From the NCBI RefSeq assembly GCF_006345805.1, contig NC_043020.1, forward strand, positions 12,152,001-12,216,000: a DNA stretch of 64,000 nt, in the 5' to 3' direction. Source of the DNA: Octopus sinensis. Taxonomy: Eukaryota. Under the pieces are notes generated by a model. It was not told the origin of the DNA, did no database searches, and was given only the letters and a program-made list of their open reading frames with translations. Each line of letters opens with the position of its first letter. Within the stretch, counting starts at the first letter, position 1. Made by a program: the position numbers and the translations under genes. Of the stretch, positions 40,601-51,000 are shown one piece after another.

Positions 40601-43600
40601 CTGCGGTGTGTTTGTGTATTTTTAGAATGACATTGTAGGGTAGGCATGAGAGGTTGGATCTGGTTAGTTTTAACATGAAACAAGTAGAACATTTGGTCTG
40701 GATATGGCAGGATTAAATGCAAAAAAAGCTAATCAGTTGGTACTTACTACAATTATTTACTAATCAATCTATGTATTCAGAAATATTTTGGTGATCAGTG
40801 AATAAACTTCACTGAAAATTAGATATATATATTTACGAAGTCGAGACAGATATCTTCAGCTAGCAGGCTTCTGCTACTCTAGACCAATGATGGGCAAAGA
40901 CCCTGAAACATGCATGTCTCTAGATGCAGGCCTAGCTGTTGGGGGTATTTGTCTCCCCTTCGTAAATATATAAGGACACAGGAAAAAAAATGTGTCGAAG
41001 CCATCAGGAGGCATCGATGCTTCCTAGGGCTAAACAGTGGTGGTGTAATCCCCTACTGTCACGTTAAGTTGACAGTATACAACCACTCAATCTATGTTAC
41101 TCTTTACTCTTTTACTTGTTCCAGTCATTTGACTGCGGCCATGCTGGAGCACCGCCTTTAGTCGAGCAAATCGACCCCGGGACTTACTCTTTTGTAAGCC
41201 CAGTACTTATTCTATCGGTCTCTTTTGCCGAACCGCTAAGTAACAGGGATGTAAACACACCAGCATCGGTTGTCAAGCAATGCTAGGGGGACAAACACAC
41301 ACACATATATATACATATATATAACGGGCTTCTTTCAGTTTCCGTCTACCAAATCCACTCACAAGGCTTTGGTCGGTTCGAGGCTATAGTAGAAGACACT
41401 TGCCCAAGGTGCCACGCAGTGACACTGAACCCGGAACCATGTGGTTGGTAAACAAGCTACTTACCACACAGCCACTCCTGCGCCTATTGTTCTTTTTTTT
41501 ATGACTTTTAAAAAATTTCGTTTTCATTTTATTTTGGTAATTATGGATTATTTTCTGTAAATTTCCTCTTTGTTTTTCAGAGGAACTTAGTCAGAACCTT
41601 TCTCAAGTCAACAATGATGAGAACCTCATTGAAAGCGAAACCAGTCAGGATGATCCCAGCCAAAGTCGTACAGGAAGTCAAGTTAATGATGTTAGTAACA
41701 TTGATTACTATTATTGTTATTAGTATTGTGTTTGTTTTCTCTAAATTTTCTCAATTTTTTTATAGGAAAAAAGAAAATAGGAGGGCACAATATTATATTG
41801 GATCAACATATTAACTCTAAGAAAATTTGAACTTATGACCCTAGGATCATAGCCCAGTGCCTTAACACTTTAGTGTTCAGATTATTCTATCCTTTTTTTT
41901 TTTTTTTTGTTTTTAACTTGTTTCAGTCATTTGACTGCGGCCATGCTGGGGCACCGCCTTTAATCGAGCAACTCGACCCTGGGACTTATTCTTTTGTAAG
42001 CCCAGTATTTATTCTATCGTTCCCTTTTGCCGAACCGCTAAGTATCAAACATAATGCTTATTGATTCACATTGATTTGAATTAATCATGCATTATCTCAT
42101 ATCTTCAAGATCTTGATGGTGTAATTACTTAATGTAGAATAGCATTGTAGGGTAGGCGTGAGGGCCCGGATCTGGTCAGTTTGAACATAAAACAGATTAA
42201 ATATTTTGGCCGGATATGGCCAGTTTAAATACTAATGGGTTAACCTTCTTGTTTTTTTTTTTGTTTTGCTTTGATACGTATCACAGCTTTGACTTTGCTT
42301 TGGTGTTGATGGTTTAACTTTATTTTACTAGGGTGAAGATTATGCAAACAGTGTTCATAGTGAAGAAGATGAAGAAGAAGATCTTCTCGAGTCTGCAGGA
42401 GAAGATGAAACTGAAGATCAGGTAAGAATATTCCTGATAAGGTTATATTTTAAAGGCGGCCAGCTGGCAGAAACGTTAGCACACTGGGTGAAATGCTTAG
42501 CGGTATTTCGTCTGCCGTTACGTTCTGAGTTCAAATTCTGCCGAGGTCGACTTTGCCTTTTGGGGTCGATTAAATAAGTACCAGTTACGCACTGGAGTCG
42601 ATATAATCGACTTAATCTGTTTGTCTGTCCTTGTTTGTCCTCTCTGTGTTTAGCCCCTTGTGGGTAGTAAAGAAACAGGTATTTCATCTGCTGTTACGTT
42701 CTGAGTTCAAATTCCGCCAAGGTCGACTTTGCCTTTCATCCTTTCGGGGTCAATACATTAAGTACCAGTTACGCACTGGGGTCGATGTAATCGACTTTAT
42801 CCCTTTGTCTGTCCTTGTTTGTCCCCCCTATGTTTAGCCTCTTGTGGGCAATAAAGAAATATGGTTACATCTTAAAACATTTTTTTTTGTTTCTTTTCTT
42901 GAAGTATAAAAATTGTGTTGTACTTCAGGATGGATAAAACAAATGTAATAACTATTTTAAAATTATTGATGTCTCCAAACTTTGAGGGTAACTTCTAATG
43001 ACGAGGGCATCAAAGCCCTGTCTCAATCTAATTAAGTCAATTCCACTCTCAGTTCTGATATGTATCCTTGGGAACTAAAAGTCATGCAGTGTTGTTAATT
43101 TTTGTCATTTCTTGGAAAATCTTGGCCCAGAGATGGGCACACATGGGGTAAAAACACTCAAGATACAGAGCTTTCCAATTGACCCCAGTACTTTTTTGTA
43201 ATATATTTGTGTGTGTATATATACATACACTCCCTTTCTTCATCTCTCTGATTCTTTCTCTCTTGTGTGCATGTGTAGTGTTCATTTACTCATTGCCTAC
43301 CACTAAGCAATGGCCCAGTGGTTAGGGCAGCGGACTCGCGGTCATAGGATCGCGGTTTCGATTCTCAGACCGGGCGTTGTGAGTGTTTATTGAGCGAAAA
43401 CACCTAAAGCTCCACGAGGCTCCGGCAGGGGATGGTGGTGATCCCTGCTGTACTCTTTCACCACAACTTTCTCTCACTCTTACTTCCTGTTTCTGTTGTA
43501 CCTGTATTTCAAAGGGCCGGCCTTGTCACTCTCTGTGTCACGCCGAATATCCCCGAGAACTACGTTAAGGGTGCACGTGTCTGTGGAGTGCTCAGCCACT

Positions 43601-45326
43601 TACACGTTAATTTCACGAGCAGGCTGTTCCGTTGATTCGGATCAACCGGAACCCTCGTCGTCGTAACCGATGGAGTGCTTCCACCACTAAGCCTTGTATG
43701 TGCACTCATTTAGTACCTCTTAGGTTAACTTTCTCTGTATCTCTCTTTATTTTTCTCCCTGTCTCTCTATACATTGTAAAACATAATTGAAGAAGCCAAC
43801 ATTTATATCAACTATTATTAAGTATATCTCTATGCATGTGTTTAGATATAATTTTTCATGACACAGACTGCCACTACTATTGATGACACTCCACTCTTTC
43901 TTCAGGCTCTGGTTCCCGTTTGCTGTCTCTGATTTGTTAGTTTTCTCTCTTTTTCAGGTCACCGTGTTGACTGGAGGGCCAAAACATATCAAATGCACTG
44001 AGGATGAAGATTTCTTATCTGCTTTTGATAGAATGATGGCTGATAATCTTCAGGTATGTCCCTCTTCATTATCCGCATTTTCCCCCCCAAATTTAAAGGT
44101 CAAAATCCCTACTTCATACTATATACTAGGTTAAAAATGAAAAATATTTTCTAAGCAATGTCCGAGTCTCTATTTGCTGTCTGGCAATGTTTATTCAGAC
44201 GCATTTTGTGATGTCAGGCGTGAAAATACCTTAAGCTAAGCCTGAAAGCAATGAAGTCATAAAAGAATCATCCATAACTTGCAGTAAGCAACATTTATTA
44301 AAATAAAAGTATTCAGAACACAGAATAACATGTAACAAAAACAATATGCAAACATATTTACATTCCCATATAACAGTTAAGAACATCATCATAATTGTAT
44401 TATGCATGCGTGAGAGTGTTTGTTCGACTAGGTGCTGCTGGTTTAATTACGTGCAACTCGAGTTAGAGAAGGGGTGTATATTATACACAAGGTTTAGGTT
44501 TTCCAGAGGTACAGCCCCCTAAAAATCCCCTGCGTATTATACTCAAGGGCGGACTATACTCGAAGATTTACAGTATATATGTATATATATATATATATTT
44601 ATCTACAATAAACAGTAAAAGTGTACAGAAAATAGACTCCATCAACTGCTAGTGGGCTAAGCTAGAGGTAGTAGATAGCTTCCATTATCTAGGTGACCAA
44701 GTTAGTTGCAGAGGTGGGTGCTCTGAGAGCGTAGCTGTGCGAATAGGATTAGGCCAGGTAAAGTTCAGAGAGCTCCTACCTCTGCTGGCAACAAAGAGCC
44801 TCTCTCTCAGAGTGAATGGCAGATTATATGATGCCTGTGTGTGAACAGCTATGCTACATGGCAGTGAAACATGGGCTGTCACAGCCAAGGACATGTGTAG
44901 GCTTGAAAGAAATGAAACCAGTGTGCGTTACTGGATGTGCAGTGTCAGTGTGCATGTTCAACAGAGGGTAAATATCTTGAGAGAAAAGTTGAGCTTAAGA
45001 GGCATCAGATGTGGTGTGCAAGGGAGAAGACTGCACTGGTATGGTCGTGTGATGTGTATGGATGAGGACAGCTGTGTAAAGAAGTGCTGATCTCTAACTG
45101 TGGAGGGAACCTATGGTAGAGGTAGACCCAGGAAGATATAGGACAAGGTGGTGAATCACATTGGGCCTCACAGCAGAAGTTACAAAGTATATATTGGCAC
45201 TTATCAGCTGTCATCCTCTAGCTCTATGTTTTGAAAGACACCTGGAAAAAAAATATCTTAAAGAACAGGTGCACATTTGTCTAATCTGTTATAAGATGGA
45301 AAAATATGAACGTCAAATGAATTGAA

Positions 45327-45361
<35 letters not shown>

Positions 45362-48055
45362 CTATAGCTGTTTATATTATCTCTTTTTGTATACAATAAT
45401 GCATAATGTAGTATATGTAGGAATTTGTATTCATATGTATGGTTTTATGTCCCTCTGTGTTTTGGTAATGTTTGTGATGTTATTGTCAATTGCAGGCTAG
45501 ATCTCAAGAGTCATTGAAGGTACCACAATTGGACATTGCTGTTCCAATGCATCTGAGGGGACAAGTGCGTAAGCAATGTAAGTATTATGTTCGATGTCTT
45601 TTGACCAATATAGACTCAGCCAAAAACCTATTTCTTTTAGAACATATTACTTTGATCTTGGTATTATTTTTCTAAATGTCTAAGCTTCACCATTTTTTTG
45701 TTCTTTTTTTTATAAATTCATTTTCCTAAGAAATTATGGCTTAACCCTTTAGTGTTTAAACTGGCCATATCCGGCCCAGATATTCCACATGTTTTATATT
45801 CAAACTGGCCAGATCTAGCCTCTCACACCTAACCTACATTGGCATTCTAAAAATAAACAATCACATCATTGAAACCTCAAAGCTATAAGATAATGCATGA
45901 TTAATTCAAAACAATTTGAGTGGAAAAGTATTACATTTAACAGAGTAATCTGAACACTAAAGGGTTAAATATGTTAAGCTTTTGCTTATTTTGTATCAAT
46001 TGTTATCATTTTTATTAACTTGAGTAAAAAAAGAATGATGCCGAGAGCACTTTCTATTGCATTATTCTCTAAAGTCTGTAGAGCTAATTGTGAAATTGTT
46101 TTATGAAACATGCTATACTAATATTTGACATGAGATCAGATCAAACTGTAGTTGCCTGATAGAATGGTGTGGTTATGCGAAAATGTAAAATGGTAGGACA
46201 TAATTATGACTCATTGTGGCATAAATAATGACACTATTAAAACACATGCACCATTACTAAAACTCATTCCTGGTTGTATTTTTTGTAGAATTTAAATAAT
46301 TTGGTTCTCTCTTTATGTAAGTTAATGAATCCTTTTTTTTTTATAATTTTATTTCTTTTAGTTACATTCCCTCAGAATAATATTGAACATAATGATACCA
46401 TAAAGTTTGTACTTATGACAAAGAAGGGCAATAAACAACAGGTAAGTGGAAGTGGTGCCAGGGGTAATGCTCTTGGTTGAAAGTTTTTACAAAATATCTG
46501 TAATTATTGGATTGGTCGTTGTCAGTACCGCTTGACTGGCTCCCATGCCAGTGGCACGTAAAAGCACCCACTCCACTCTTGGAGTGGTTGGCATTAGGAA
46601 GGGCATCTAGCTGTAGAAACTCTGCCAGATCAAGATTGGAGCCTGGTGCAGCCATCTGGTTCGCCAGTCCTCAGTCAAATTGTCCAACCCATGCCAGCAT
46701 GGAAAGCGGATGATGATGTCTCTTTTACAAATCACTTGATTTTAGTTTTTCTCCAACATAAAACCTTTGCTGTGATTGACCCTACATTAGGGTTTCTGGA
46801 GTAATGTTACTCAACAGGGTGCATAGCTCAGATATCAGGGAGTCTCTCCATGCTGAGCAGCTAATTCTCTGCATTGAAAGGTCACACAGCTTTGGGGTAA
46901 CAGACATGTAATTAGAATGTCGCAGGAAAGAATTTGCAAGACAGATTCTTCAAGCCAAGCTGAGCCAGCTGGCAGGAGATCTAGGGGTAGACCAAGAATG
47001 TAATGTCTGGATAATATCCATAGTCTCAATTGGTCTCTTTTGGGAATCCAGCTGGAAAGTGTAATGAGGGTTGCTTCTGATAGGAGTCTATGGAGAAGGT
47101 GCTCTATCCGCCTCACAGGAATAGTGGACAGAAAAGATGGATTATTATTAGTAGGATGATGGTGGATTGGCAAAGTTGTGTCGGAAGAAATGCTCTTGTG
47201 GTATTTGTTCTGGATCTTTATACTTTAAGTTCAATTCCTGCCAAGGTTAACCTTACCTTTCATCCTTCTGGGGTGTTGATATATAAACAAAGCGCTATTT
47301 AAGTGCTGGAGCTGATGGTGTTGGCTAACCCCATCCCGTCAAAGACTACTGGCCTTGGATGTAAATTAGAGGCCATTATTATTATTGTTGTTGTTGCAAC
47401 AATCTGGCAGAATTAGTTGAGTACTTTTAGTATTTAATTCTGATTCTTCAGTTTTCGGAGTTCAAAAACCACCTAGTTTGACTCTGCCTTATATTCTTCT
47501 CTGATATAATTATAAATACCAATCCAGTTGTAAGGTAGAAAATTTAATTGACTGAGACCATCCCACCCCCAGTATGGTTTTGTATCTTAGTTGCAAATCA
47601 TTGTCAGATGATGGTAATTGACAGAAGTGCCATATTTTAATGTGTATAAGGAACCCCTAATTTTGGGTGGCTTAAAATTTGGAAAAAAGGTTTTGTAAAG
47701 GATTATTATACTATCCATGTATAAGAAACTCCCATATTTTTTTTAACCTAAATTTCGATAAAAAAAAGGGTTCCTTGTACACATTAATATACAAAGTGTT
47801 TTGCAGTATTTAGTTTGATTTCTTTATGTTGGGAGTTCAAATCCAGCTGGGTTTCACTTCACCATTCCTCCTTTCAGGTGGATAAATTAGGTACCAGTAT
47901 TAGTACTAAACTTCATTCAACTTACTTTACTTCTTCTCTATAAACCAACAGGTAACCTTATACTTAGTTAATAGTTGTTTAGTTGCTGGTTGACCATTGT
48001 CAATTAGATTTGTGATAAATAGAATCCAGTTGTGACCACGAGACATTTGTAGGAG

Positions 48056-48090
<35 letters not shown>

Positions 48091-51000
48091 GGATGGTGGC
48101 ATGTAAAAGCACCATCCGCTCGCGTCCGTTGCCAGCTTCGCCTGGCCCCGTGCCGGTGGCACGTAAAAGCACTATCCATTCGTGTCCGTTGCCAGCCTCG
48201 CCTGGCCCCCGTGCCAGTGACACGTAAAAGCACCATCCGTTCGTGGCCATTTGCCAGCTCCGTCTGGCACCTGTGCGGGTGGCACGTAAAAAGCACCCAC
48301 TACACTCACGGAGTGGTTGGCGTTAGGAAGGGCATCCAGCCGTAGAAACACTGCCAGATCAGACTGGGCCTGATGCAGCCTTCTGGCTTCACAGACCCCA
48401 GTTGAACCGTCCAACCCATGCTAGCACGGAAAACGGACGCTAAATGATGATGATGATTGATGATAATATAAAACTATATTTTTCTTAGATGCTAAGGTGC
48501 AGTTGAAAGGAAACTTGGCTGCTATTTCTAACAGGCCAGTCAATCATGTACAATGTACACAAACCCTTGCTGAGTTATTGTTGTTATTGCTGTTGTTGTA
48601 GTTAAACGTTGAGCTAATTCAGAGTAGCTTTGGTAGGATTTGGTCCTTGAACTTATTTTTGCCGGTGGCACGTAAAAAGAACCATCCGATCGTGGCTGTT
48701 GCCAGCCTCGCCTAGCCCCCGTGCTGGTGGCACGTAAGAAGCACCATCCGACCGTGGCTGTTTGCTAGCCTCGTCTGGCACGTAAAAAGCACCCACTACA
48801 CTCTCGGAGTGGTTGGCGTTAGGAAGGGCATCCAGCCGTAGAAACACTGACAGATCAGACTGGAGCCTGGTGCAGCCTTCTGGCTTCCCAAACCCCAGTT
48901 GAACCGTCCAACCCATGCTAGCATGGAAAGCGGACGCTAAATGATGATGATTAGCCACATCATAGACGGTGAGCTGGCAGAAACGTTAGCACGTCTGGCG
49001 AAATGCGTAGCCGTATTTCGTCTGCCGTTACGTTGTGAGTTCAAATTCCGCCGAGGTCAACTTTGCCTTTCATCCTTTCGGGGTCGATTAAATAAGTACC
49101 AGTTACGCACTGGGGTCGATGTAATCGACATAATCCATTTGTCTGTCCTTGTTTGTCCCCTCTGTGTTTGTCCTCTTGTGGGTAGTAAAGAAATAGATGA
49201 TGATGAGCCACACCCTTTTCATTTGTTTGTATTTAATTTCATTTGTGTTTTTATATTTATTTATTTATTTTTATTTAACAGTATACCAACTTGAATGTTC
49301 CGATTTCTACTGAGTTTGCTGCCAAATTTAAAGAACGAGAACGGGTGAGTCCTTTGATGTGTTTATGTTGTCAATTTTGTGCCCTCACAATGATAATGTG
49401 TATTAGTGCTGTTACACCTGATGCTGGCATGGCTATGTGGCTAAGAAGTTTGCTTCCCAACTACGCAGTTTTGGGTTCAGTCCCACTGCATGGCATCTTG
49501 GGCAAGTGTCTTCTACTATAGCCCTTGTCCAACCAAAGCCTGGTGAGTGGATTTGGTAGTTAGAAACTGAAAAAAGCCCCCCTCCCCTCTCTGAGTATGT
49601 ATAATGATAATAGGGTAAAGACCCCCTTCGGTCATGAATGACCATGGGATTGCACCTAGAAAGTTACCCTCCTAGACACAAGTCCGGGCGAGGTTGTTTA
49701 TGGAAGACCAGCAGTCGCCCATGCATACCAGCCTCCCCTCTCCACGCCACCAGTGTTATCCAAGGGAAAGACAAAGGTCGATACAGCTTGGCACCAGTGA
49801 CGTTGCAACTCATTTCTACAGCCGAGTGAACTGGAGCAACGTGAAATAAAGTGCTTTGCTCAAGAACACAACATGCAGCCCGGTATACAGTGCTCAGGTG
49901 CACCACAACTTGTCTGAAAGTGCGCATAAAGCATATGCAGTAATGTACAAATGTCTGGAAAGTGAACAATGTATGAGTCAGATACATGCTTGCGTGTGTA
50001 TGGAGGGGAGAAAATCAGGTGTAGTGTTGGCGAATCTCAGGAAGCATGGAAGTTTTGAAGGATGCAGTGCTCCGACAACTAACAACTGATGCCGGCAGTT
50101 TGTTCCATGCTTCAGCAACTCTCAGCGTGAAAAAATGTTTCCTAAAGTCATGGGAGCTGTGCTGTTTTCTGACTTTATAAATATGTCTACGGGTGTTAGA
50201 CGGGTGGAATTTGAAAAGGTGCTCAGAGTTATTGTTTGTAAGATGTTTGTGTCTCCTTGTCTTCACATTGTGTGAGTGCTGTAAATGAGTGTCTTTCATT
50301 TCCAATATTCTACAAAAACATGTCTGGCCATGGAGAAGTATTATCTTGCTTGGAAATAGATAAGGGTTGGTGGCCTCTCCTCCTCCAGTCTTTTTTTAAG
50401 GCCCTTAGCTTTTTAACATCCTGTAAAGGAAATAGATATGAGTTGGTGGCCTCTCCTCCTCCAGTCTTTTTTTAAGGCCCTTAGCTTTTTAACATCCTGT
50501 GAAAATAGTTCCATTTTCTGTTTAACCCTTTAGCATTCAGATTATTCTGTCAAATGTAAAGCTTATGTATTCACACCATGTAAAATTAATCCTGCATCAT
50601 TTCATGGCTTTGAGATTTCAATGATGTGATTGTTTATGTTTAAAATGACACAATAAGGTAGCTATGAATGACCATATCTGACTAGTTTGAACATAAAATA
50701 GGTAGAATATTTTGGCTGGATATGGCCGGTTTAAACACTAAAGAGTTAACATTGAAACTTCTGTAAAACTTGTACACATTTTCTTGTTTTCTTATTTTTT
50801 TGTTGTTCAGGCTGAGCGAGCGGAGAAAGAACAGATGAAACAGGTTGTCCTTGGTATCCATGAACGACAAGAAGAGGAAGATTATCAAGGTAGTAATAGT
50901 TTTAGAAATGTGGGTCTCTGTGTGTGTGGGATGGGGGGTCTGTATCTGCCTGTGTAAAACATAAAATTGGACAGGTGTAGGGGTGTGGCCAAGAAACTCA

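Noticed and set aside
47620-47795. Weak inverted termini suggesting a pogo-like MITE (similar remnant at about 44470-44575)
   Set aside because: The termini are too degenerate and there is no clear TSD or second copy, so it is not supportable as a feature
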